The position numbers and the translations under genes were made by a program. The notes beneath the pieces were generated by a model. The model searched no databases. It saw nothing but the letters and a program-made list of their open reading frames with translations, and was not told the DNA's origin. From Nitrospinaceae bacterium (GTDB lineage: Bacteria; Nitrospinota; Nitrospinia; Nitrospinales; Nitrospinaceae), in contig OZ250172.1 of the NCBI GenBank assembly GCA_965237905.1, positions 1,280,001 through 1,344,000 of the forward strand: 64,000 nucleotides of DNA, written 5' to 3'. Shown here piece by piece: positions 46,237-57,776 of the stretch. Numbering within the stretch: the first letter of the stretch is position 1; each line of letters opens with the position of its first letter.

Positions 46237-47613
46237 ATGGGAACCATCATCGAGCCTTTCAGGATAAAAATGACAGAGCCTCTGGCGATTACAACGCGGG
46301 AACAAAGAGAAAAGTGGCTTCGCGAAGTACATTTTAATATTTTTCTGCTTTCGTCTGATCAGATCACCATTGATCTTTTGACCGACAGCGGGACGGGAGC
46401 CATGTCCACCAAACAGTGGGGGGCTTTGATGCAGGGAGATGAAACGTATGCCGGGAGCCGGTCCTGGTTCCGCTTCAGAGACACCGTGGATCAAATCACG
46501 GGGTTCAAACATATTTTCCCGATCCATCAAGGAAGAGCGGGAGAGCGTATTCTTTCTCAAATCCGTTTAAAGCCCGGAGATGTCGTGCCGAACAACGGCC
46601 ATTTTGATACCACGCGGGCCAATATCGAATGGATGGGGGCACAGGCCGTCAACCTGGTGATCGAGGAAGGAAAGAACCTTGCTTTGGATCATCCGTTTAA
46701 AGGCAATATGGATATTCCCAAGCTCAAACGATTGATTGATGATACCGGCCCGGAAAAAATCCCTTTCGCCATGATAACCGTCACCAATAATTCTTACGGC
46801 GGCCAGCCGGTTTCATTGGAAAATATTAGAGAAACGAAGGCCTTATTGGCTTCCTACAACATTCCACTGATCATCGATTCCGCTCGATTTGCCGAAAATG
46901 CCTTCTTCATTCATAAAAGAGAAAAAGGCCAGGGGGGAAGGTCCCTTTTAAACATTGCCCAGGAAATTTTTTCTTATGCCGACGGCACCATCATGAGCGC
47001 TAAAAAGGACGGACTGGCCAATATCGGAGGCTTCTTTGCCTGCAACGATGACCAGTTGGCAGAGGATTTTAAAAACCTGTTGATCCTGACCGAGGGATTT
47101 CCCACTTACGGCGGTCTGGCGGGCAGAGATCTGGAGGTGATTGCCGTGGGTTTGCTGGAAGCGCTGGAAATGGAATACCAGATTTACCGTCACGCCACGG
47201 TAGAGTACATGGAGAAAAAATTCATGGAAATGAGATATCCCATGGTTCGGCCGGTAGGGGGACACGCGATATACCTGGACGCTCAGCAATTATTACCACA
47301 CGTTCCGCCCCTTCACTATCCGGGAATCTCCCTGGTCAATGAAATGTACCTGCAAGGAGGAGTGCGTGCGGTCGAGTTGGGAAGCGTTATGTTTGGGAAT
47401 ATCGATCCGAAAACCCGGGAAGAATCTCCCGCGCTTTTTGAATTGGTCCGGCTCACGTTTCCGCGACGCGTTTACACACAAAGTCATTTTGATTATGTCG
47501 TCGACATCATGAAAAATATCTGGGAAAGACGTGAAAGCATCGGCGGTTACCGCATCATCAAGCAACCTCCGTTTCTCCGGCATTTTTCCGCGCATTTCGA
47601 GCCAGTCAAATAA
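46237..47613 (+). CDS. tnaA: Tryptophanase (beta-eliminating lyase)
   Basis: EPFRIK, IDLLTDSGT, MSAKKD (PLP Lys). FDTT and LRHF match TnaA rather than tyrosine phenol-lyase (FTTT, LRFF). SD GGAGG before ATG 46237. Confidence 0.85.
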   Translation: MGTIIEPFRIKMTEPLAITTREQREKWLREVHFNIFLLSSDQITIDLLTDSGTGAMSTKQWGALMQGDETYAGSRSWFRFRDTVDQITGFKHIFPIHQGRAGERILSQIRLKPGDVVPNNGHFDTTRANIEWMGAQAVNLVIEEGKNLALDHPFKGNMDIPKLKRLIDDTGPEKIPFAMITVTNNSYGGQPVSLENIRETKALLASYNIPLIIDSARFAENAFFIHKREKGQGGRSLLNIAQEIFSYADGTIMSAKKDGLANIGGFFACNDDQLAEDFKNLLILTEGFPTYGGLAGRDLEVIAVGLLEALEMEYQIYRHATVEYMEKKFMEMRYPMVRPVGGHAIYLDAQQLLPHVPPLHYPGISLVNEMYLQGGVRAVELGSVMFGNIDPKTREESPALFELVRLTFPRRVYTQSHFDYVVDIMKNIWERRESIGGYRIIKQPPFLRHFSAHFEPVK

Positions 47614-47722
47614 GCATGCTGCCATCAAATTGGGGATCTTTGTTGGGAACTGACTAATGGTGGGGCAGCTGATATTCGCATCAAAATGAATATAAGTAAA
47701 CAGGCTTTAAGGTGCAAAAATT

Positions 47723-49465
47723 TTAAATTTTTCTACGATACATGCCATAGACTTCCTGCAAGGCATGGGTCCATTCATCAAGCGTGACCTCCTTGACGAT
47801 GGCCAAGGTCACCTCAAAAACATTATCTCCGCTGGAGGCGGCTTTCTTTAACTTTTCAATACCCGCTTTAACTTTTTTGGGATCGCGCTGTTCTTTGAAC
47901 CGTCGGACATCATCCACTCGTTTCCGTTTGACCTCATCTGAAACTTCCACGCGTGAAACCGTCTTGGATTCCTTCCTTCCTTCAGAATACCGGTTCACAC
48001 CAATGATGCGCCGTTCCCCGGAATGAACCTGCTGATCGTACCCACTCGAGGATTGGGCGATTTCATCGCGGAAGAATCCGTCGGCTTTGGCCTGCAAGGT
48101 TCCACCCAATTGATCAATTCCCCTGAAATAATCCAAAATCCCGTGGATGACCCGATGGTAGGCTTCCCTTCGCCCCGAACTGTCGCTCAGGTAGGCCATC
48201 ATATCCTTGAATCCCCCCATCTCCTCGAACAAAATGGCTTGGGTGTCCGAAGCGATCCGCACCGCATCTTCCGTCGGCGTGGTGATTGGCTCATCATACG
48301 AATTGCTGTGTAACGCCTGCGGATAATTCAACAGGGCGTAAAATAGTTCAAATGCGGTGCGTGAAATATTATTCTGAATTTCCTTTTCATATAAGCTCCG
48401 CCCCGATGTCTGAACGTGTGCCTTTAATTTCTGGGCATTGGGATCATCCGCGCCATAGGCATCCCTCAGGGCAACGGCCCAAACCCGCCGAACAGCGCTC
48501 AACAAGGCAATGTATTCAAAATCCATTCCGGAAGTTAAAAAGAAGGGAAGCCGTTTACCAATGGTGTTGATGTTCATACCGCGCTGTAATGCTTCATCGA
48601 CGTATACGAAACCATTGGCCAGAGTGAAGGCTGCCTGTTGGATGGGAGTGGCTCCCTTTTGTTCGATGTGATACCCGCTGACATTGATCGGGTAATACAA
48701 AGGCGCATGCTGCGAACACCACTCGAACATGTCCATCGCTATTTTTATAGAAGGACCCAGCGGAAACAAAAGTTCATTTTGAGCATCATCTTCCTTGCAC
48801 GGATCGGTTTGAGAAGTCCCCCGGACTTTGGTCAAATCCTGTCCACTTTCTTTGGCCGCCTGCAATCGAGCGGCGGTCATCCACAGCGAAGGTCCGTTAA
48901 TGGTCATGGAAATGCTGACATCATCCTCAAAAAACCCATCATACAAAGTCAGGACATCCTGGTAGGTGGTGACGGACACCCCTCCCTCGCCGATATCGAA
49001 GAAATAGTCGGGATTGTCGGCGCTTCTGCCGAGCAGGGTGTTGGTATCAAACGCGGTGCTGAGCCGTTTGGATTGTTGTTGTTTCACAATGTAGCGAAAC
49101 CGCTCATGGGTCATCTCCGGGCTTCCCAGTCCTGCAAAAATCCGCGTGGGTTCTTCATGTTCCCGTTGATTGTCGACAATCAGAAACGCCTTGGGGTAAA
49201 TGGAAAGGCCATAGGGAAATTCTCCGGGGAATCCCCATTCCCCCAGGTACCGCGCCATTTGCGCCGGATGGTCAAAATGAGGAAGCGCTATGAGAGGAAT
49301 TTCCAATTCGGTGGGCAAGGAATGATATTCAAGGGCGCTGGTTTTCTCCTGCCAGGCCTGCTCCAGATCTTTTTGATACTTTTTATCCTTTTTAGCCCGG
49401 TCCACCGACTCCTCAATCCAACGGTGGTATTGATCATTGGCTTTAATAATATCGGCTAAAGACAT
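47723..49465 (-). CDS. Acyl-CoA mutase substrate-binding subunit, IcmF (isobutyryl-CoA mutase)-type
   Basis: PGEFPY, PTRIFAG, RLSTAFD, SMTINGP, SGYHI, HVQTSGRSL, LHSNSYDEPITTPTE. Confidence 0.88.
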   Translation of the reverse strand: MSLADIIKANDQYHRWIEESVDRAKKDKKYQKDLEQAWQEKTSALEYHSLPTELEIPLIALPHFDHPAQMARYLGEWGFPGEFPYGLSIYPKAFLIVDNQREHEEPTRIFAGLGSPEMTHERFRYIVKQQQSKRLSTAFDTNTLLGRSADNPDYFFDIGEGGVSVTTYQDVLTLYDGFFEDDVSISMTINGPSLWMTAARLQAAKESGQDLTKVRGTSQTDPCKEDDAQNELLFPLGPSIKIAMDMFEWCSQHAPLYYPINVSGYHIEQKGATPIQQAAFTLANGFVYVDEALQRGMNINTIGKRLPFFLTSGMDFEYIALLSAVRRVWAVALRDAYGADDPNAQKLKAHVQTSGRSLYEKEIQNNISRTAFELFYALLNYPQALHSNSYDEPITTPTEDAVRIASDTQAILFEEMGGFKDMMAYLSDSSGRREAYHRVIHGILDYFRGIDQLGGTLQAKADGFFRDEIAQSSSGYDQQVHSGERRIIGVNRYSEGRKESKTVSRVEVSDEVKRKRVDDVRRFKEQRDPKKVKAGIEKLKKAASSGDNVFEVTLAIVKEVTLDEWTHALQEVYGMYRRKI

Positions 49466-49466
49466 T

Positions 49467-50777
49467 TCAATTAGAATGTTGAGTTAACGATTGATACAAA
49501 CTGTTGATTCCGGGGTTCCGGTGTTCAATGGCGGTGGTTAAAAATAATCGTTCGCTGGGAACTTTTTTTCGTAACAGACTGCTGATATGCCGGGAACCGC
49601 GATGCTCGCTTTTGTTCAACACCACAACCACTCCCGGTATATTCAACATATCTTCCTTTTCAATTTGCTGGGCTCCTCCCACATCGGGGGTGGTGACGAA
49701 AACGGATTGGTCCGCCACCCGGGTGACTCCAATGTCGGGTTGGCCGATGCCATAGGATTCGATGAAAATATCATAACCTCCGGCTTTCAAAATTTTGACA
49801 ATGTCCGGCAAAGCGCGTGCAATCCCCTGACCGTAACCCCGTGAGGCCACACTCCGGATAAAGATTCTGCGGGTATCGACCCAGTTTTTGTCGGTGGCAT
49901 AAATGTATCCGATACGATCGGCGAGAAGCGCCCCGCCGGACCCTGCGGAACTAGGGTCAATGGAAATGACGGCCAATTTTTTGTTCTCCATGCGGCCGTC
50001 TTTAAAGAAACGCAGGATCAGTTCATCCGTGATGGTGCTTTTACCGGAACCGCCGCGTCCGGTGATCCCATAGACCGTAGACTCTCCTTCCCGGACCCAC
50101 TCATCTAAATCGGATAAATACCTTTCAAAGGATTTTATTTTTCGGAGAATTTCCTGTTCCCTGCCCATCTCCTCCCAATAAGACTGATCAAAGTGGGAGG
50201 CTTCTTCTTTTCCTTTATGATTATCTACCCTCCGGGAGTCCTCGAGAATCGATTCAAGCCGCGCTTTTTCCTCGGCTAAATTGATCAGTCTCGAAAGAGC
50301 TAATTCATCACCGGATTTCACCCCTTCCAAAAGAGATTCCGGCTCTTCGGGAACCACAGAGAAATCATAATGCTCGTTAATAAAGGGAAGGACGGAGTCC
50401 CCTTCACCAGCCCGGAAAATTTTGTCGATGCCCTCCTGTTGTTCCAGGATCTCAATATCCTCCGGGGTAATGGTCGCTCCACCGCCGCCAATGAGGTGGA
50501 TATGAGGATAGTTTTTATTTTGCAAGGCATCTCGAACCGCTTTAAAGAATGGAACATGGCCCCCGTTGTAAGAACTGATACCGGCAAAATGGACTCCCTC
50601 CTGGATGATGGCATCCACAAACTTGTCGACGGTCAAGTCGTATCCGCCCAGGATCACTTCAATGCCGCCCTGCTTCAGCGCGTCCGCAATCACCAGTATG
50701 GCGGCGTCATGGCCGTCATTGCTTTTCACACCGATAAATCCCCGAATTTTGTTTTTTGTCATAACCCTTAAATCCAT
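49467..50777 (-). CDS. Cobalamin-binding domain fused to MeaB/ArgK-like GTPase (IcmF N-terminal half)
   Basis: DGHDAA, SSYNGGH, GGGG, P-loop GITGRGGSGKS, IDPS, GGALLADRI, ESYGIGQ, NKSE. Confidence 0.88.
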   Translation of the reverse strand: MDLRVMTKNKIRGFIGVKSNDGHDAAILVIADALKQGGIEVILGGYDLTVDKFVDAIIQEGVHFAGISSYNGGHVPFFKAVRDALQNKNYPHIHLIGGGGATITPEDIEILEQQEGIDKIFRAGEGDSVLPFINEHYDFSVVPEEPESLLEGVKSGDELALSRLINLAEEKARLESILEDSRRVDNHKGKEEASHFDQSYWEEMGREQEILRKIKSFERYLSDLDEWVREGESTVYGITGRGGSGKSTITDELILRFFKDGRMENKKLAVISIDPSSAGSGGALLADRIGYIYATDKNWVDTRRIFIRSVASRGYGQGIARALPDIVKILKAGGYDIFIESYGIGQPDIGVTRVADQSVFVTTPDVGGAQQIEKEDMLNIPGVVVVLNKSEHRGSRHISSLLRKKVPSERLFLTTAIEHRNPGINSLYQSLTQHSN

Positions 50778-50822
50778 TCACGTGCGGCCAGGGAGTTTCA
50801 ATGGTCCGCTATCATGGACCGC

Positions 50823-52017
50823 TTACCGTTGATCCAAAGGAACGTAAGATTTCATTTCCTTTAAACCCGGCCCGGTGTATTCCTGAGTGGGCCGGTAGAG
50901 CGGCCCGTTGCTTTTTCGTTGTCTCGCATTATTGGCAACCCAGCCGAAGTGGCGGGTAGCTTGAAATATTGGGGTATTGAGTTCCTTGGGGATGCCGATG
51001 ATTTTTAACAAGAGACAAATCGGTAAATCGGCGTTGGGGGTGCGTTCCTTTTCCTCAAGCATGATACGGCTGATGATGTCGTAGATTTCAAAATAATGGC
51101 CCAACCCTTTTTTCTCCGCGAGCGGCCGGGCAATCTGTTCTGCAATCAGCACCCGTGACTCCACCTTGTTTTTATAATGTTGCAACCGGTGACCGAAACC
51201 TGACACTCGCTCCTTGTTTTTCAATTTGCTGTGGATATACGCTTCGGCATGTTCCGGGGATTCGATTTCCTCGAACAAGTCAGCCACGCGTTCATTCGCC
51301 CCACCGTGCAATACCCCCTTCAGCGAGGCGGCGCCGGCTAGCAACGGAGAATAGGGATCAGTACCGGAGGACTCGGCCACCAGGGAGGAAAACGTCGAGC
51401 AGTTGATGGTATGTTCCAAATAAAGAATGAGGATGGCGTTGAGAGCATTCACCGCATCATCGTCCGGCGGTATTCCAATCATATTCAGAAAATTCGCCGC
51501 GTAATCCAACGCAGGATCGGGCAGAATGACGGTTTCCCCGTGCCTGATTCGATATCCCTTGGCAATGATCGTAGGAATTTGAGCTCCCATGCGCAAGCCG
51601 ATCCGAACAATCAGATCGGCCACCTGTTCCGGGTTTTCATGGGGTTTCTGCCAAAGCGGATTGTGATAATCCTCATCGAAAAAGCGCGCATAGGACAACG
51701 TTGTGAACAGGAAATCCATCATCTGGACGTTTTCAGGATACGTCCGCATATGCTCCAGTACCGGATCCTCGAGGCGGCTGTATTTTTTAAGCTGTTGAGA
51801 GAAAGCGGAAAATTGTGTTGGGTTGGGGAGTTCGCCTTCCAAAAGAAGGTAGGCCGATTCCTCAAACAGACCTTTTACCAGATCATAAATGCTGTATCCC
51901 CGGTAAAGGAGAACAGGTTTCCCATCGGCCCCCACGGTGGTGAAGGAAATATCGGAGGTGCACACCGGCACCCCGTCCAAACCGGTATCAACTGTGACTG
52001 AACTTTTTATGACTCAT
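50823..52017 (-). CDS. prpC: 2-methylcitrate synthase / citrate synthase family; probable +1 frameshift near the start
   Basis: GLDGV, LLYRGY, LHGGANE, GFGHR, PNAD. The in-frame ORF begins at TTG 51980, inside the conserved GLxGV motif; ATG 52017 is out of frame by one base. Confidence 0.8.
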
Positions 52018-52020
52018 CAC

Positions 52021-52860
52021 CTACCCTTTGTAATCCAGCAGACCGTTAATTTCCGTTCGATCCATCATCCCTTGTACCAAATGTTGCTGGGTTCCTTCCT
52101 GCTTTAAGCGGGAGAGAAACATTTTGGTTTGTCCGGCATGATACCGAAACAGGGAAACTGGAAAAATAATGATATTGTATCCCAGGTCCATGAACTCCCT
52201 GGCGCTGATGAAAGGTGTGTTTCCAAACTCCGTCATATTAGCCAGGAGATAGCCGTCGACTTCTTTCCGGTACCGAGTGAACTCTTTTTTGGTTCTCAAG
52301 GATTCCGGAAAAATGACTTCCGCTCCTGCTTCGCGGTACAAATTGCCACGAGCGATGCATTCCTCAAGCTGGTGTTTGTCATCGATATTGGCGGCCCCCC
52401 GGGCATCCGTTCGAGCCATTATGACAAAATCGGGATCCAGCGAATCCCGTTCCCTACAGGCCCTCTTAATTTTGTCGACCATCTCATCTTTCGGGACCAC
52501 TGCTTTCCCGGAAAGATGACCGCATTTTTTGGGAAACACCTGGTCTTCAATATGCAATCCGGACAACCCTACCTCAATGTATTTTCTTACAGTGTTCTCG
52601 ATATTTTCGAAACCCGTATCGGCATCACACAGGACCGGCACGTCCACCGCCTGGACAATCCAGCGTCCCAAATAAAGGAAGTCCTCCATTTCCAGAGTCC
52701 CGTCGTCGGGGACCCCGAGGCCATTGGAAAGCCCGGCTCCTGAAATATAGATTCCGGGAAATCCCTCCTGCGCAATTTGCTTCGCTGAAAAAGCATTATA
52801 GGCTCCCGGGAGCACGAGTTTTTGATTACGAAGCAGGTCGCGCAGGTCTTTACCGGCCAT
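52021..52860 (-). CDS. prpB: 2-methylisocitrate lyase
   Basis: DADTGF, HIEDQVFPKKCGHL, MARTDA, LANMTEFG. Confidence 0.92.
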   Translation of the reverse strand: MAGKDLRDLLRNQKLVLPGAYNAFSAKQIAQEGFPGIYISGAGLSNGLGVPDDGTLEMEDFLYLGRWIVQAVDVPVLCDADTGFENIENTVRKYIEVGLSGLHIEDQVFPKKCGHLSGKAVVPKDEMVDKIKRACRERDSLDPDFVIMARTDARGAANIDDKHQLEECIARGNLYREAGAEVIFPESLRTKKEFTRYRKEVDGYLLANMTEFGNTPFISAREFMDLGYNIIIFPVSLFRYHAGQTKMFLSRLKQEGTQQHLVQGMMDRTEINGLLDYKG

Positions 52861-52861
52861 G

Positions 52862-54238
52862 TTATTTCACCTCAAATAATTGCATCAAACTTCCGATATC
52901 TTTAACCTGTTCCAGATTTTCAATCATGTCCATGATTTTGTCTTGCTGTTCCTTTTTCAACAAGGGCTCGGCGGCCCTCCGGAACTTGGTTTCCAGCTCT
53001 TCCAGAGTTAAAGGATTGTTGGGATGACCTTTAGGATCCAGAACTTCTTTTTCATAAACCTTGCCGTTGTTCATGGAAACCGTGACTTTATTCGGAAACG
53101 ATTTTCCATACATACCAGTATATTCCTTTTTTTCCTCTACAGTCACCTTTTGCACGAGGTCCTGGAGTTGTTTATTTCTAAGGTGCGCCGCGTCAAACTG
53201 TTGCAGAGTCACTTCGCCATCCATGAGAGCTACCGCGACAATGTAAGGCAGACTGTGATCCGCCGTTTCCTTGGTTTCGGGATGCCATTTGTCCGGCTCC
53301 CTGCCGATGATGTCATAGGAATGAAAACTGGTTTCGACATGGATCTTTTCTATGTTTGAAACACCGTCGGTTCCTATTTGTTGCCTGATATCGAAAGCGG
53401 CCCAGATGGCGCTCTGGGAATGATATTCGGCGGGGAAGTATTTGATATAAGTGTCGACCACCTTGAACGGTTCGCCATTTTGTCCTCCGAAACGAGGAGC
53501 CAGATCGAATTCTCCCTGTGTGATCTGGTTGATTAATCCATGCTGTCCCTCGAAAATATCACTGGGGCCGTTCATCCCATGTTTCACGTAAAGGGCCGCC
53601 CGCACGGCGTTTTGACAGGCCTGGGCGAACGCCGCGGCTTTCCATTTTGAGATCGTGCCGATACGTGTTTGCCGCAGATAGTTCCCGGTGGTGATCGCGA
53701 TGCTCATCGCATCCCGGATTTGGTCTTTGGACAATCCCATCAACTTCGCGGCCGGGGCGGCACTGGATACCGAGCCATAGGTCACATGGTCCCAGCCTTT
53801 TTTCCGGATGGCGGCGGCATCACACAACCGGCAATGCAGTTCATAGGCGATCACCATGGCGAGCAGGAGGTCCTTTCCGGACTTCCCCTCCGCTTCCGCC
53901 ACATTGAGACAGGCGGGAATGTTATCGCTCGGATGGGCGGGTTCTTTATTGAGGTAGGTGTCGTTCCAATCCAACGCCCGGATCATGGTTCCCAAATAAA
54001 ACGCGGCATCATAAACGGGGGATTTATGAGACGTCCCTAAAAGAGTGGAACCCTGTTCTGAATGGGAGGTCAGTGCAAAATTCCGGATGGCGACCACCGG
54101 GGGGGAATGGTAGGCCGCGAGGGAAGTCGCAAAACTGTCGAGGAGCCGGGCTTTGGTCGCCTGGATAGCCTGAGGCGTCAAATCCGTGAAGGATAATTCG
54201 TATACATAATCGGTTATCCGGGCTTCAATTGGGTCCAT
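52862..54238 (-). CDS. prpD: 2-methylcitrate dehydratase (MmgE/PrpD)
   Basis: RALDWNDT, HPSDN, GWDHV, IKYFPAEYHSQ, ETADHSLPY, PKGH. ATG 54238 preferred. Confidence 0.92.
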   Translation of the reverse strand: MDPIEARITDYVYELSFTDLTPQAIQATKARLLDSFATSLAAYHSPPVVAIRNFALTSHSEQGSTLLGTSHKSPVYDAAFYLGTMIRALDWNDTYLNKEPAHPSDNIPACLNVAEAEGKSGKDLLLAMVIAYELHCRLCDAAAIRKKGWDHVTYGSVSSAAPAAKLMGLSKDQIRDAMSIAITTGNYLRQTRIGTISKWKAAAFAQACQNAVRAALYVKHGMNGPSDIFEGQHGLINQITQGEFDLAPRFGGQNGEPFKVVDTYIKYFPAEYHSQSAIWAAFDIRQQIGTDGVSNIEKIHVETSFHSYDIIGREPDKWHPETKETADHSLPYIVAVALMDGEVTLQQFDAAHLRNKQLQDLVQKVTVEEKKEYTGMYGKSFPNKVTVSMNNGKVYEKEVLDPKGHPNNPLTLEELETKFRRAAEPLLKKEQQDKIMDMIENLEQVKDIGSLMQLFEVK

Positions 54239-54450
54239 ACGATTCACCTTTAACAGAAACAGCCCCCACCCAACCAATATAATTCCTGAAAACTGATTAA
54301 TCTATATTTTTATCGTTCTACCCGGGAGCGAGGGTTTCAGTTCCGAATCGTTTTTTTAGGGAATTGGACCCAAAAAGATTTTACACTAGGGGTATGGACA
54401 ACGACCTTTGATCCGCTGGCGGGGAGGGGGATCAATGATGGAGTACACAA

Positions 54451-56379
54451 ATGGCTTTGGACTACAGCGTATTTAGTGCAACCGATCAAAAATCGGAGCG
54501 GCCCAAAAGCCAGAATTTTTTCAAATACAACCCCCATCTCAAATTCCTGATTCAACGCTACGACGGCAACGACCCCGAACTGACGTTGGATGTGCTCAAT
54601 ATGATCGGCGAATTGAGCGCCCAGCATCTCGCTCCCAAAGCCGCCGAGAACGATCGAACCGGGTGCCGTTTGCAATGGCAGGTCGGGCAACACCAACTGT
54701 CACAATCTGATTTTCGTAAATTCAATGAACTCAAAGAAGAGGATTCCAAAGAATCCTCCTATCCGGATGACGCAGTGGGCCGGGCCCTGAAGGACTTGCA
54801 AGCCGATCCTCATCTTCCGGTTTTTTCAGACGTCCTGCTCCCCGAGGGTGCCCAAGAACAAGTTCAATCGCTCAGGGAGCAAAGCCTGATCGGTTTGGCG
54901 TTACCGGATACTTATGGCGGCGGCGGTTTGTCCCAAATGATGGCCGGAGCCGCATTACTTTTTTACGCACAGGCGGACGCCTCCCTGTTCCTCCGTGTCA
55001 TGCTGACCGAAGGGGTCGCCGATCTGATCGATAACTTTGGCGATGACGATTTAAAAAAGAAGTATATCCCTCCTCTTTGCTCGGACGATCCGAACCGCCA
55101 TTATATCGGTGCCATGGTGATTACGGAACCTGAGGCAGGTTCGGATTTAAAAGGAATCTCAGTCAAAGCTGTAAAAAAAGAGAATAAATATTTGCTTGGG
55201 GGAAGGAAAATATTCATTACCAATCCGGATGCCGATGTTTGCATTGTTTTAGCCAGAGTGGAAGGCGCGCCCCAGAAGACTCTGGAAGGTCTAACCCTGT
55301 TTTTGGTTCCAAAATATTTGAAAGATGACCAGGGTCAACAATCCCGAAACCACATTCTCATCGAGAACCTGGAAGAAAAACTGGGAATTCATTCTTCGCC
55401 GACCGGGACCATGCTGTTCAAGGGAGCCGAAGCCTATTTAATCGGGAACGAAGGGGACGGCCTGAAACAAATGCTTTACCTGATGAATAAATCGAGATTG
55501 GGCATCGGTACGCAAGGCCTTGGAATTGCCGAGCAGGCTTTTCTGGAATCCGCTATTTTTTGTACGCAAAGAAAACAATTCGGAAAAACCCTCGCCGAGC
55601 TTCCTTTGATGCGGGAAATCTTGGTCACCCTACGGATAGAAAACGAAGCGGTCACCAGCCTGATCTTTAAAGCTTATCATTACATTGACCAATATCTGGA
55701 GCTCAGAGAAAAAAATCAGACCGGAGACATGACTCCAACCAACAAGAAGGATTTGGAAAAATATCAGAAACTGATTCGGATATTAACTCCCCTGGCCAAA
55801 TACCGCGGATCGGAGTGGAGCGTGACGGCATCAGACATGGCGGTCAGCAATCTGGGTGGTTATGGGTATATCAGTGATTTCCCGGTGGAACGGCTGATGC
55901 GGGATGCCAAAATCACGACCATTTATGAAGGAACCAATAATATGATGGTACTGGACATTCAACGGTCCATTGCCAAAGAATCCACCTTGGAGGTTTTGAT
56001 TGAGGATATCAAATCTCATTTGCAAGCCGTTAACCATAGCTCATTGATCCCTTTTAAGGATCGGGTTGTTCAGGGGGTGGAAAGCGTCCTTGGTGCCAGA
56101 GAAAATATTTTGAAGTCGGAGGACCCGGACACAGCTCAACAAATTGAGGCCCGGAGATTCGCCAAACTGCTAATCCGGGTGTACGAAGCCGGACTGATGC
56201 TGGAGGAAGCGCAATACCTGATTGACCAGGAGAACGATTGGAGGAAAGCGGTGATGGCCGTGAAATATATCAATGACAAGTTTCCCCACTCAACACAACC
56301 CATTACCGGTCAAATGTTATCCGTGAAATATTTTGATTCCATTTTCTATATGGAGAAATTGGAAACTCTTCACCTTTAA
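54451..56379 (+). CDS. Long acyl-CoA dehydrogenase
   Basis: GAMVITEPEAGSDL, KIFITN, EEKLGIHSSPT, RKQFGK, LGGYGYI, IYEGTN. Confidence 0.93.
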   Translation: MALDYSVFSATDQKSERPKSQNFFKYNPHLKFLIQRYDGNDPELTLDVLNMIGELSAQHLAPKAAENDRTGCRLQWQVGQHQLSQSDFRKFNELKEEDSKESSYPDDAVGRALKDLQADPHLPVFSDVLLPEGAQEQVQSLREQSLIGLALPDTYGGGGLSQMMAGAALLFYAQADASLFLRVMLTEGVADLIDNFGDDDLKKKYIPPLCSDDPNRHYIGAMVITEPEAGSDLKGISVKAVKKENKYLLGGRKIFITNPDADVCIVLARVEGAPQKTLEGLTLFLVPKYLKDDQGQQSRNHILIENLEEKLGIHSSPTGTMLFKGAEAYLIGNEGDGLKQMLYLMNKSRLGIGTQGLGIAEQAFLESAIFCTQRKQFGKTLAELPLMREILVTLRIENEAVTSLIFKAYHYIDQYLELREKNQTGDMTPTNKKDLEKYQKLIRILTPLAKYRGSEWSVTASDMAVSNLGGYGYISDFPVERLMRDAKITTIYEGTNNMMVLDIQRSIAKESTLEVLIEDIKSHLQAVNHSSLIPFKDRVVQGVESVLGARENILKSEDPDTAQQIEARRFAKLLIRVYEAGLMLEEAQYLIDQENDWRKAVMAVKYINDKFPHSTQPITGQMLSVKYFDSIFYMEKLETLHL

Positions 56380-56555
56380 TAACCCCAGTTTCTGGGCGCC
56401 ATAGGGGCCACAGCCTTCACCCTCTCAACTTAAACGCATAACTTATTATTTTATAAGGGCTTTCAGCCAATTTATAATCCATCTTCCGGTTGCTTAATTG
56501 GCTTTTAAAACCTATATTAGATAGGAGAGGGGGAGGAGATTTTTGAAGGTGTCCC

Positions 56556-57740
<1,185 letters not shown>

Positions 57741-57776
57741 AACCCGTGGGGGGACACTGGTTTTACATCCAGAGAA

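Noticed and set aside
45984..46337. TnaC-like leader peptide
   Set aside because: The 117-codon ORF overlaps tnaA and lacks the short W...D...P-stop arrangement of TnaC.
46237..47613. Tyrosine phenol-lyase
   Set aside because: Diagnostic positions (FDTT, VELGS, LRHF) follow tryptophanase.
47723..49465. Canonical methylmalonyl-CoA mutase
   Set aside because: It has F/Q rather than Y/R at the specificity positions and IcmF-like motifs.
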